From: Ferruginibacter sp.
GTDB lineage: Bacteria; Bacteroidota; Bacteroidia; Chitinophagales; Chitinophagaceae
Direction of reading: 5' to 3'
Length of the DNA: 64,000 nucleotides
NCBI GenBank assembly: GCA_025352695.1
Contig: JANXSK010000053.1
Span: forward strand, 2,998-66,997
Shown: piece after piece, positions 30,254 to 40,213 of the stretch
Numbering within the stretch: the first letter of the stretch is position 1
Layout: every line of letters begins with the position of its first letter
Translations under genes and position numbers: made by a program
The notes under the pieces: model-generated
Told to the model about the DNA's origin: nothing
What the model saw: only the letters and a program-made list of their open reading frames with translations
Database searches by the model: none

Positions 30254-31909
30254 TTATATCAACTCACTTTGTAGTAGCGAGCTTTTTACTGCTAATTTTT
30301 TATCTGCGTACGCTTTGGCAGCCTTAATAAAATGCACAAAAACTGGTTGTGGATTTTCTACCGTACTTTTTAATTCTGGATGATATTGAACACCTATAAA
30401 AAATGGGTGATCCTGCAATTCAACAATTTCCACCAAGCCAGTACCGGGATTTTTTCCGCTGGCAATCATGCCTTCCTTTTCAAACTGTTCCAGGTAAGCA
30501 TTGTTAAATTCCCAACGATGGCGATGTCTTTCGCTAATCAAAGGTTTATCATAAATACTGTATGCAAGCGTACCTTCTTTCAATTCGCAAGGATATGCGC
30601 CTAACCGCATGGTACCACCTTTTGCTGTTACTTTCTTTTGCGCCTCCATAAGGTCTATTACTGGATTTTTAGTATCTGCATGCATTTCTGTGCTGTTGGC
30701 ATCTTTTAATCCCAATACATTTCTTGCAAATTCTATAGCCGCCATTTGCATACCCAAACAAATACCAAAAAAAGGCAACTTATTTTCTCTTGCATACTTT
30801 ACAGCAACAATTTTACCTTCAATACCACGGATTCCAAAACCAGGTGCAACTAATAAACCATCAAGGCCACCTAATTTTTCATTTACATTGTCTTCTGTAA
30901 TGGTTTCACTGTGTACATTAACGATGTTTACTTTACATTCATTGATGGCGCCAGCATGTACAAAAGATTCTAAAATAGATTTATAGGCATCCTGCAACTC
31001 AATATATTTTCCTATCAAGCCAATATTAATTTTGCCAGAAGGATATTTCAACTTATCTAAAAATGCTTTCCATTTTGTAAGTTCCGGAGCAGAATAACCA
31101 TTGATGTGTAACTTTTTTAAAGTAATTACATCCAATCCTTCCTGCAGCATTTTTAAAGGTACTTCGTAAATAGAATTTGCATCCATCGCTTCAATAACCG
31201 CCTCTGTTTTTACGTTACAAAACAAAGCAATCTTTTTTCGTAATTCTAAATTCAAAGACCTTTCTGTTCTGCAAACAATAATATCCGGATGCACCCCATT
31301 TTCGCTCATCATTTTTACACTGTGCTGTGTAGGTTTTGTTTTTAATTCCTTGGCCGCTTTTAAATAAGGAATTAGCGTAAGGTGCACTACTAAACAATCT
31401 TCTTCTTCCATTTGCCATTGCAACTGTCGTACCGCTTCTACAAAAGGTAAACTCTCAATATCACCAACGGTGCCGCCAATTTCTGTAATCACAATATCAT
31501 ATTCTCCCGTATTACCTAATAATAACATTCTGCGTTTTATCTCGTCGGTAATATGAGGTACTACTTGTACAGTTTTACCCAGATAAGCACCTTCTCTTTC
31601 CTGGTTTATAACAGTTTGGTAAATACGTCCCGTAGTAACATTATTTGCTTGTGTAGTATTAATATTTAAAAAACGTTCATAATGGCCAAGATCAAGATCT
31701 GTCTCTGCTCCATCTTCTGTAACATAACATTCTCCATGCTCGTACGGATTTAATGTACCTGGATCTACATTTATATAAGGATCAAATTTTTGAATGGTTA
31801 CCTTCAGTCCTCTAGCCTGTAACAATTTGGCAAGTGAAGCTGCAATAATACCTTTACCTAGAGAAGAAGTAACGCCTCCAGTTACAAAAATATACTTGGC
31901 CGTTTTCAT
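30254..31909 (-). CDS. pyrG: CTP synthase
   Basis: [18 protein letters not shown]-terminus, and the glutamine amidotransferase block GICLGMQ with HRHRWEFN. Confidence 0.96.
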   Translation of the reverse strand: MKTAKYIFVTGGVTSSLGKGIIAASLAKLLQARGLKVTIQKFDPYINVDPGTLNPYEHGECYVTEDGAETDLDLGHYERFLNINTTQANNVTTGRIYQTVINQEREGAYLGKTVQVVPHITDEIKRRMLLLGNTGEYDIVITEIGGTVGDIESLPFVEAVRQLQWQMEEEDCLVVHLTLIPYLKAAKELKTKPTQHSVKMMSENGVHPDIIVCRTERSLNLELRKKIALFCNVKTEAVIEAMDANSIYEVPLKMLQEGLDVITLKKLHINGYSAPELTKWKAFLDKLKYPSGKINIGLIGKYIELQDAYKSILESFVHAGAINECKVNIVNVHSETITEDNVNEKLGGLDGLLVAPGFGIRGIEGKIVAVKYARENKLPFFGICLGMQMAAIEFARNVLGLKDANSTEMHADTKNPVIDLMEAQKKVTAKGGTMRLGAYPCELKEGTLAYSIYDKPLISERHRHRWEFNNAYLEQFEKEGMIASGKNPGTGLVEIVELQDHPFFIGVQYHPELKSTVENPQPVFVHFIKAAKAYADKKLAVKSSLLQSELI

Positions 31910-32363
31910 TTAATTATTGGTTTTGAATTTGTCATAATTTGATGGATGAAAATAAAATAATGTTTGTAATTGTTTAATAATCTACGTGCATTAATTTTAA
32001 CAAAACAAACAACAATTACACAATATAGCTTACATGGTAATTTTATTCAATCCGAAATGACCAGTGGAAAAAGAAAGATAGCATATCCCTGCGGTCGGGC
32101 AAAAATACAGAAAAAATCCGGAGGACAACATTTAGTAAATGGAATTGTTGAAAAACAATTTATTAAAAATTAAAACCCTTACCTAGCAAACATTATAAGC
32201 CGCTAAAAATAATGTTGAAAAAATAAATGTTACCATATTTTGATGTTTCTCAACTAAAACTGCTGTAAACTTTACCGTAAAACTTTTGTTTAACAGCAAG
32301 TTGGGTTGTACATTTAGCCCTCCTTAAAAATGGAGGGTAGATTCATTATACAAACAAAAATTT

Positions 32364-33689
32364 ATGGGTGATATCAAAGAAAGTTTTAAGAAAAAAGCTG
32401 ATGTAGTGGGGGCAGAAATAAAAGCTCTTCTAAAGGAACACGGTGATAAAAAAATCGGCGAAGTTACCTTAAACCAGATTTATCAGGGTATGAGAGGAAT
32501 AACTGGGCTGGTATCTGAAACCTCTTTATTGGATGCACAGGAAGGTATTCGTTTTCGTGGTTATACAATTCCACAACTGGCAGAAAAATTACCAAAAGCT
32601 GATAAAGGCACACAACCTTTACCAGAAGGATTATTTCACCTGATGTTACTAGGAGAATTACCATCAGATGAAGACGTGAAACAACTTACTTCTTTATGGC
32701 AGCGCCGCAGTCATGTGCCAAACCATGTATTTGCAACCATTGAAGCCTTACCCGTAAGCACACACCCGATGACACAGTTTGTAATAGCCATTATGGCTCT
32801 ACAAACAGAAAGTAGTTTTGCTAAACGCTATGCTGCTGGCATGAGTAAAAAAGATTATTGGGAAGCTACTTTTGATGATGCAATGGATTTGGTAGCCCGT
32901 TTACCAAGGGTTGCGGCTTATATATACAGACGTAAATATAAGGGTGGCGAACATATACAGCCCAATGGCCTGTTAGACTGGTCTGGCAATTTTGCCCACA
33001 TGATGGGGTATGAAAGTGAAGAATTTAAAGAGCTGATGCGGTTATACATGACCATTCATGCGGATCATGAAGGGGGCAATGTTTCTGCACATACAACACA
33101 CCTTGTAGGCTCTGCTTTAAGTGATCCTTACCTGTCTTTTGCTGCCGGCATGAACGGACTTGCTGGTCCACTGCATGGTTTAGCCAACCAGGAGGTAATA
33201 AAATGGATATATGATATGCGAAAAGAACTAGGTGTTGAAACCCCTTCCAAAGAACAGATAGAAGAATATGTAAAGAAAACATTGAGTGAAGGAAAAGTGG
33301 TGCCAGGTTACGGACACGCCGTATTGCGTAAAACAGATCCCCGGTTTACCGCACAAATGGAATTTGGCAAAAAGCATTTACCCAACGATCCATTGGTAAA
33401 TACCGTTTGGAACATTTACGAGGTGGTGCCTCCGCTATTAAAATCGTTAGGTAAAATAAAAAATCCGTGGCCCAATGTAGACGCCCATAGCGGTGCATTA
33501 TTGGTACATTACGGCATGGTAGAATATGAATTTTACACTGTATTATTTGGGGTATCAAGATCCTTGGGTGTGCTGGCAAGTCTTTGCTGGGACCGTGCTT
33601 TAAGCTTTCCCTTAGAGCGTCCAAAATCTGTAACAACAGACCTTGTAAAAAAATGGTTGGATGGCAAAGATGAAATATGGGGTGACTAA
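32364..33689 (+). CDS. gltA: Citrate synthase
   Basis: Blocks [14 protein letters not shown] and [13 protein letters not shown], which are closest to the eukaryote-like type of citrate (Si)-synthase. Confidence 0.93.
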   Translation: MGDIKESFKKKADVVGAEIKALLKEHGDKKIGEVTLNQIYQGMRGITGLVSETSLLDAQEGIRFRGYTIPQLAEKLPKADKGTQPLPEGLFHLMLLGELPSDEDVKQLTSLWQRRSHVPNHVFATIEALPVSTHPMTQFVIAIMALQTESSFAKRYAAGMSKKDYWEATFDDAMDLVARLPRVAAYIYRRKYKGGEHIQPNGLLDWSGNFAHMMGYESEEFKELMRLYMTIHADHEGGNVSAHTTHLVGSALSDPYLSFAAGMNGLAGPLHGLANQEVIKWIYDMRKELGVETPSKEQIEEYVKKTLSEGKVVPGYGHAVLRKTDPRFTAQMEFGKKHLPNDPLVNTVWNIYEVVPPLLKSLGKIKNPWPNVDAHSGALLVHYGMVEYEFYTVLFGVSRSLGVLASLCWDRALSFPLERPKSVTTDLVKKWLDGKDEIWGD

Positions 33690-33710
33690 TAAACCCAATC
33701 ACATTATATT

Positions 33711-33746
33711 AAAACCCCGAAAATTTCCGGGGTTTTTTATTATTAG
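33711..33746 (+). terminator. Rho-independent terminator after gltA
   Basis: AAAACCCCG-loop-CGGGGTTTTTTATTATT. Confidence 0.8.
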
Positions 33747-33789
33747 TTTTTTAACTGTTATCCTGTACACCCTGCACAGGATAAATTAA

Positions 33790-34615
33790 TTATTGGGGAT
33801 CAAGCATTTGATGTAAAATGAGAAGCAGGACGATTTGATATACCTCAAGCGAAGGTTGTACGCCATCAGGAACAAATTTGTCAAATTGAATGGGATCATC
33901 CAACATTAATTTGAGCCACGCAGGATAAAAATCCAATAAAAGCAGGTTGCGATTTTTAGCAACTTTGCGGTATCCCTAATTATAAACTGCCCGTTTAGGA
34001 GGATCGGATGCAGCTTTAAAATCGTTCTTAGGGCTATTTTTAACAGCATTCATTGTTGCAAGGATAATTTCCACTTCTGGATTTGCATCAAGAATGGTGT
34101 TGATGATTTTTTGCAGATTTTTTTTGAATCTCGAAGAGAAATATGATAAGGCAAATAGGCATCGTTGGTGGCGAACTCAATAAAAACAACATCAGGTTTG
34201 TGCCCCATAACAAAAGGAAGCCGCCCAAGTCCGGAAAGTTGTGTATTACCACCCGGACCAACACTTGATGCTGAAGCACCTACCCCTTCATTATAAAAGT
34301 AACCTGACCTAGAAAATCTTTATCCAACCACTCTTTCATCAAACAATCCTGCCAACGATAAGCATCTCCTGTAAGGCTTGTTCTCATGGTAACGATGGTT
34401 ATTTTTTTACCATTTTTTAAACAATTGATGAACTTTGCAGGTGATTGCTTTTTGCTAAAATGTGCTAAGAGATTTGAACGGCCTTGTATAGCGGTGGATT
34501 TAACTGGTAAAACTTCATTTACAAAAGAAATGCTGCTAATCATAGCAAGCACTATGATTGGCAGCAGCAATAATTTATTGTTGGTATTCATTTTTTCCTT
34601 AATTAAAGTAATCAT
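33790..34615 (-). pseudogene. SGNH/GDSL-type esterase gene, disrupted
   Basis: The N-terminal piece (34280-34615) has a signal peptide. The gene continues in other frames as GASASSVGPGGNTQLSGLGRLPFVMGHKPDVVFIEFATNDAYL... and ...NLQKIINTILDANPEVEIILATMN... Lesions are a TAG plus frame change at ~34280, a frameshift in the T8/A8 run at 34118-34125, and an in-frame TAG near 33975. Confidence 0.7.
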
Positions 34616-34636
34616 TTTATATTCTTTATTAAAATC

Positions 34637-35700
34637 TAATATCCCTGCTTGCCAGGAATGATAATGTTATCAAGAGTTACGAGTGTTTGCTTTTTTTGAA
34701 AGTCTTTTATTTCCGGGATAATTAGTTCACATTTTGCTGCATCTATACCCAGCTTTTTCCAGTAACCATTTATTGACACTGCCTTATCCTGTTCTGTCTA
34801 GTTGGCCATAGCAATAATTGATTCATCAACACCCTTGTAAACAGAGGCTTTCACCAGAGGATTGTTACATTGCACCGGAATTGCCTCTTCCTAATAACCA
34901 ATCATTGTTTTGTTCTTTGTTTTATGATCATCCCAGAATTACCATATGTCAGTTGGCGAATTTTTGGTCTATCCTGCACGAGAGGTAATTCCATAGACCA
35001 TCTTCCGCCACGAATTACCACCACGTTCTAACATCTGCCCCGGCAAGCCTAATAAAATTCCCGAAACTTCAATCAGCCAATCATCAGGTAAGCGGTTATA
35101 ATCTCTTCCCTCTTCAATCCATACCAGATCAAAATAAGGAAGTAAATCCAACTATAGATTCAAGCAATTGGTGAACCCTGCCCATTTGTTAAAGTAGTTC
35201 CAGCTGTGTAAATCCATTCGTCCTTCAGGGCGGTATTTGTCAATTATTTTTCTTGCTCTCATTAAGGCAAACCAATCCAGTGCAGCATTATCAATATACA
35301 CGCCATCAATCCCTATATTTTTAACCATCCACTCGAGCCCGGCAAGGTAAAAATTATTCAACCGACTATCAGGGGTAGTTATCACGGAAAGGTCAGTTTC
35401 CCCTTTAAATTTCCCTTCTTTAATCGGGTTATACCATGTTGGAATATACTTTTCACGCAGGTCTTTAATTATCCATTTGTTAGGTCCTGGGGTGTATCGC
35501 TTCTGTTCTGAAGGCATTGCCCGGTCCGGGAAATATCACTTCCCCGTTGAGGCTATTAAATACCCAAAATTCTGGAAGGTTTTTAGTGAGTTCTCTTGTG
35601 GTATAATAGAATTTTATCCGCATATTTTCCTGGTGCGCCTGCAGAACCAAGTCCGGAAAAGCCCATTAAGAATTGAGTTTGATCAATCGTATTAATCAGA
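34637..35700 (-). pseudogene. GH123-like/DUF4091-related glycoside hydrolase gene, 5'-truncated and frameshifted
   Basis: Collinear pieces lie in three frames with stops between them. They are MRIKFYYTTRELTKNLPEFWVFNSLNGEVIFPGPG, then ...NFYLAGLEWMVKNIGIDGVYIDNAALDW...DLHSWNYF, then LLPYFDLVWIEEGRDYNRLPDDWLIEVSGILLGLPGQMLERGGNSWRKMVYGIT, then ...VKASVYKGVDESIIAMAN. The N-terminal ~250 codons are missing. Confidence 0.7.
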
Positions 35701-35853
35701 AAGAATTAATACCAGAAGATAAGGCTATACTGTTAAAGGAGCTTGAACAATCATAAAAAGATTTAATGTCCAGGTCCAGGTATTATTCAGAACTAAATTT
35801 TCAGTAATTAAAGCTCGTTGTACTTTTGATGGTTTGCACCGTTGCAATTCATT

Positions 35854-37533
35854 TCATCTGTTTATAATTTCCTTCGCCTTCTCTATCATTTCAGTGGCAG
35901 GAATATTTTTCAACTTTTCAATTTCAAAAGATGCCAGTAGGGTATCCAGTTCTTTCAACTCATTTTCTTTTCCAGCTTTCTTTAGTTTCATTTTCAAAAG
36001 CCTGATCTTTTCAAAATCTTGTATGCCTTCAATTAATTTTTCAAAGCGGATGGAAGTTAGAGGGCCGGGGTAAACCTGGTAAGTATCACCAGCTGGCCAT
36101 GCAGTAAAGCGGCTGTCGGCTATGGGATTTTTTGGCCAACTGTTATAAGCCCAGCGCAAATAACCGGTAAATCCTTTTGCGGCAGCATACCAACCCAGCC
36201 ATACCTGTTCGGCCGGTGGAGAAAAAGTAAAGCCATTGGGATAAGCTTCTACACAACATGTGTAGTAAGTGGTAGGTTTTTTTTCCTTTTTTCTTTCCTC
36301 CATTACAGTATCCGAAAGCAACCATTGAGAAGCTACACAGTAATCATAAATATCTTTTTCAATTTCTTTATGGTATTCTCCAGCCAATGTAATTTTCCAT
36401 TCAGGGTCTATCTCTTTCACCAATTTAATTACCGCTTGCATATCTTTCATTGGCCTTTCATCCATGGATATACTGGTGATGGAAAACCATTTTTTTACTT
36501 TCAAATGTTTTGTAAAATCGGTTAGCATAGTTGACCAATGTGCATTGTATTCAACAGAGCCGGGTTTGGCATTTAATACAGTGTCTTTCATAAACCCTTC
36601 ATCATAATATTGAAAAGAAAGCTTCCAGGGAATCATGGTATAGCAGTTGATGCGGTTTTTAATACCACAACTCATAACAAAAGAAATATAGCGGTCAAAC
36701 AAACTATAATCGTATACCCAGCTACCGTCTTTTTTCTTTGTCCATTTAATAAGGCTGGGAAAATCATCGAATGTTTGATGCCCCCAGGGCTCGTTCATAA
36801 TACTGGCAGTAATACATTTTTGTCCGGCTGCTGCCAGCATGGTATAGTAAGGACGCATTTTATCAAAATGTGCATTGCTCCACAAGGCTACTTTATGCAC
36901 CCTTGCTATTGCCGCAGGATGCTGCCAGAGATCCAGATCAAATTTCCATGCAGCAGGTGGAGGCAATATTTCATCCAGTACTTTTAAGGCTATTTTTAGC
37001 CTGTATTTTTTTCCGGTATTGATAGTTACAAAACCTGAGTACAGCCCCGGCTCCGCAGTAGCAGGTACCGTGATGCTTAACCAAACAGGTTGTACGTTTT
37101 TTTTCATTACAGCAATAGAAGTTACCGGATCAATCGGATCGGTTACCAAAGAAGAATCAAAATCTTGTGGCTTGCGATTACCGCAGCCACCTGCAAATTC
37201 ATCGGTGATAACATAACGAAGAAAACCTGTAGTACTATTTTTTGCTGCTATCCGTTTATCTTTTTCGTTTGTAAGATGGCTAATACCAACACTCAGCTTT
37301 GCAATATCCCGGTTGCTCCATACCAGTATTTGCGTATGCACCTTCTCCCCTCTCCAGGCAACAGCTTCCCATTTATTTTGCTGATTTAATTGCGGAGGCT
37401 GTGCTTGCGCAAACCGTATATTACTGCTTGCAAAGCTTATATGGATGTCATTATTTAATTGACTCCATGCTGCAGGCTGTGCATGTGCTATACCCGAAAC
37501 TAAAAAAGCGGATAAAAGAAAAATATATTTCAT
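35854..37533 (-). CDS. DUF4091 domain protein (GH123-like putative glycoside hydrolase), secreted
   Basis: Signal peptide MKYIFLLSAFLVSGIAHAQ (start at 37533, not 37572), with DLWQHPAAIARVH...ASIMNEPWGHQTFDD... typical of DUF4091. Confidence 0.8.
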   Translation of the reverse strand: MKYIFLLSAFLVSGIAHAQPAAWSQLNNDIHISFASSNIRFAQAQPPQLNQQNKWEAVAWRGEKVHTQILVWSNRDIAKLSVGISHLTNEKDKRIAAKNSTTGFLRYVITDEFAGGCGNRKPQDFDSSLVTDPIDPVTSIAVMKKNVQPVWLSITVPATAEPGLYSGFVTINTGKKYRLKIALKVLDEILPPPAAWKFDLDLWQHPAAIARVHKVALWSNAHFDKMRPYYTMLAAAGQKCITASIMNEPWGHQTFDDFPSLIKWTKKKDGSWVYDYSLFDRYISFVMSCGIKNRINCYTMIPWKLSFQYYDEGFMKDTVLNAKPGSVEYNAHWSTMLTDFTKHLKVKKWFSITSISMDERPMKDMQAVIKLVKEIDPEWKITLAGEYHKEIEKDIYDYCVASQWLLSDTVMEERKKEKKPTTYYTCCVEAYPNGFTFSPPAEQVWLGWYAAAKGFTGYLRWAYNSWPKNPIADSRFTAWPAGDTYQVYPGPLTSIRFEKLIEGIQDFEKIRLLKMKLKKAGKENELKELDTLLASFEIEKLKNIPATEMIEKAKEIINR

Positions 37534-37698
37534 TGTAGAAAATGTTTGAATAATAAAGATTGTAAAATACAATATTTAATAACACCAGAATTATATGGTA
37601 ATTATTGGGGGCATTAACTTAACGCTATAAGGTGGTCAACCTTCTTACAATTTAATAAACCTGAAAAAGGCGGACCACATTTTGAAAAACTATTTGTA

Positions 37699-40158
37699 TT
37701 ATTTATTTAGTTGAACAGCTTCCGTTTTTATCAACCCCTTGAATTGTACCTCTACTTTTGGTGGTTCTTCTCCATCAAAAGAACAATCAATAATAATGGT
37801 ATGTACGCCGGAAGATACTACCGGTGGCAATGCTGCAATCTTCAATTTATCTTTCAGGCTTCCCTTTTTATTATAGATGTAAATAGTTGCTGTACCATCA
37901 CAGACAATGCTTTCACCTGCCTGTAATGTTATGGGCAACTTTATTTCAGCATAATTATCTATTTGCATTTTAATGTTATTCACTGTTCCCTCCTTTCCGG
38001 ATACATTCATCCGAAACTGTAGAGGCTGTTCCTTCCACTGCTGGTTATAGTTCCAGGTGGTATGCGTTGGTTCGCCGGGTTGCCGTATAAATTTTTCCCT
38101 TACAAATACAGGCGATGCTGCATACTGTGACAGACTCCATTTACCTTCCCCTGCTTTTTCTAAATGAAAATCATTCTTTGGATTTTTTAATCGCTCCTGC
38201 TGCTCTTTTGTAAAAGCATGCCCGTTCCTGGCAGTTTCCCATTCCCGGATGGCATCCAGCAAATTCAGGGCAGCCGGATTTTTTTTAATGGATGCAGGTT
38301 TTATTACCATCGCAAAACCTGCCCCATAGCCTGCCGACCTTGCAAGCATCCATTCCATTTCAGACATGGTAGTGTTTTCTGCAAGTAAATACCAGCCTAA
38401 CATGTGTGGCATATAATTTCTTTCAAACAAGCCCTGATTATCTATCCGGTACTGCTGCATACTTTCACTAAAACCTCCATACCATGGTTCGCCCCAATTA
38501 TAGTAAGAGCACATATGCCAGAAGAATGTAGTGCTTCGACTGGTGCCGCAGATAAAATCATGCTTCACGTTATCAAATACATCTTTGGCAAACAATTCTA
38601 TTCCGTAAATGCCCTGGCCAGATGCCAGCCCGCCTTCAATGCCATCAAAATCCATATGATCAACACCTGTCTCATTCATTAAGCTGGCAATATTTTTAGC
38701 CGTTTCTCTTTGCATGTTTATATCCGGAAAAAATACTTCGTAAGAATGATCAAATAATTTACCGGCAATATCACCTGCTTTGTGCATTGCTGCACTAGTT
38801 CCAAAAGCTCCCCGCTGGCAGTCGGATATTGTATAAGGTGCAGTGGCACTAACTGTTTTGTAGCGTATCAGCTCTTTGCCAATTTTTATGGTATGCAGGT
38901 TATTATTTTCTTGTTGATTAAAATATTCGGGAGATGCCACTTCTATTTCTTTTGCAGTTGCATCAATGTCCTTTGTTACTGCAGCAAATCCGGTCAGGCT
39001 TAACCGGTCATCAGGCACGGGTGTAATATATGGATCGTTGGTATTTATAAAATTGGTGAGCGTATGTACACCCAGCATTAAACCGGCAGCATGTGCTTTA
39101 TCCACGCATTTTTTTAAACCTGCTTTACCATGTGGAAACGCTGCACTGTCTAATATAAAATGACCCCAGCTTTTAAACGGGCCTTCATGATACAATGATA
39201 TTAAGCCTGCCCGTTTGGTATAACCTATCATTTCATCAATATTACTTTCATCAAAAGAAGTTATAAGGTACGACCTGCCAAACAAGGCTGATTTTTTAAA
39301 CCATACTCCTTTAATGGTTGGATGCGGCAGATTTTCTGCCAGTTCTATTTGCTCTAACCTTTCCAGTGTTTTTGGTTCTTCGCAAGTGAATAAAGCTATT
39401 TTGCTTCCCACCACTGATTCTCCCTTCATTGCAGCTACAGGCATATTTTTAAACTGGCCGCCCCATGCATCTACCAACCGGTTATGACTGCGGTTAATGG
39501 AATATGCCTGTAGTACACTTCCCCATGGAAAACTTACAGCAGCTATGCCTCTTTGGTCAGTATTACCTTCGTTATTGGGATAATCGCCTCCCAGTGTTTT
39601 TATATTCAACACCTGTATACCAACAGCGGTAGTACCATCTCTTACCACGCCAATTACTTCTCCTACCGTTGCATTTATAATCGTAGGATAAGGCCCCCAA
39701 ATTATTGCATCTATTTTATTTCCAGGTAAGGCCTTTACAATTTCCAGTACCAAATGGGTTGATTTTTCAAACACTTTTATATCTATACTAACACCAGCTT
39801 CTTTATATACCAGTGTAATTTTTTTTTGAGCTTTGATGTACACTAAAGTGGTAGGATAAAACCGGACATTGCCACTCACCAGCGTCATTAGCGGAGCAAG
39901 TGTATCTTTATAGAGATAGTTTTTTTCTGTTGCACTATTACTCAGTTCTGTAAAGTAGCCCTGGCTATTCAGGCTTACCTTCAACTCGCCGGAAGAGAAA
40001 GAAACCTGTGCCCCGGAAAATAAAGAGGAAAACAAAAACCCCATTAAAAAGAGCGTTGGTATAACATACAATTTGCAAAGGCGGGTAATAAAAACACCAT
40101 GCTTGCTGAACGATTGGATGAATGCTGATTTATCCTTTAACATCAATGTATTTTTCAT
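37699..40158 (-). CDS. Unassigned secreted protein, 819 aa (paralogue 1 of the PUL-encoded family)
   Basis: Hydrophobic N-terminal anchor or signal. It shares several blocks with the next gene: FGEVIGV(V/A)RD, IKIGKELI, APYT, RG..GT and D(F/W)DG(I/Q)E. I recognise no known family. Confidence 0.85.
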   Translation of the reverse strand: MKNTLMLKDKSAFIQSFSKHGVFITRLCKLYVIPTLFLMGFLFSSLFSGAQVSFSSGELKVSLNSQGYFTELSNSATEKNYLYKDTLAPLMTLVSGNVRFYPTTLVYIKAQKKITLVYKEAGVSIDIKVFEKSTHLVLEIVKALPGNKIDAIIWGPYPTIINATVGEVIGVVRDGTTAVGIQVLNIKTLGGDYPNNEGNTDQRGIAAVSFPWGSVLQAYSINRSHNRLVDAWGGQFKNMPVAAMKGESVVGSKIALFTCEEPKTLERLEQIELAENLPHPTIKGVWFKKSALFGRSYLITSFDESNIDEMIGYTKRAGLISLYHEGPFKSWGHFILDSAAFPHGKAGLKKCVDKAHAAGLMLGVHTLTNFINTNDPYITPVPDDRLSLTGFAAVTKDIDATAKEIEVASPEYFNQQENNNLHTIKIGKELIRYKTVSATAPYTISDCQRGAFGTSAAMHKAGDIAGKLFDHSYEVFFPDINMQRETAKNIASLMNETGVDHMDFDGIEGGLASGQGIYGIELFAKDVFDNVKHDFICGTSRSTTFFWHMCSYYNWGEPWYGGFSESMQQYRIDNQGLFERNYMPHMLGWYLLAENTTMSEMEWMLARSAGYGAGFAMVIKPASIKKNPAALNLLDAIREWETARNGHAFTKEQQERLKNPKNDFHLEKAGEGKWSLSQYAASPVFVREKFIRQPGEPTHTTWNYNQQWKEQPLQFRMNVSGKEGTVNNIKMQIDNYAEIKLPITLQAGESIVCDGTATIYIYNKKGSLKDKLKIAALPPVVSSGVHTIIIDCSFDGEEPPKVEVQFKGLIKTEAVQLNK

Positions 40159-40213
40159 TTTACTTTTTTTGATTTTAAATAATTGCTATTTACATAAACT
40201 GATTTTGAATTGA

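Noticed and set aside
34088-34661. Track ORFs 34088-34279 (-) and 34386-34661 (+) as independent genes
   Set aside because: Both are off-frame or antisense readings across the disrupted SGNH esterase gene. The esterase-like frame explains the region better.
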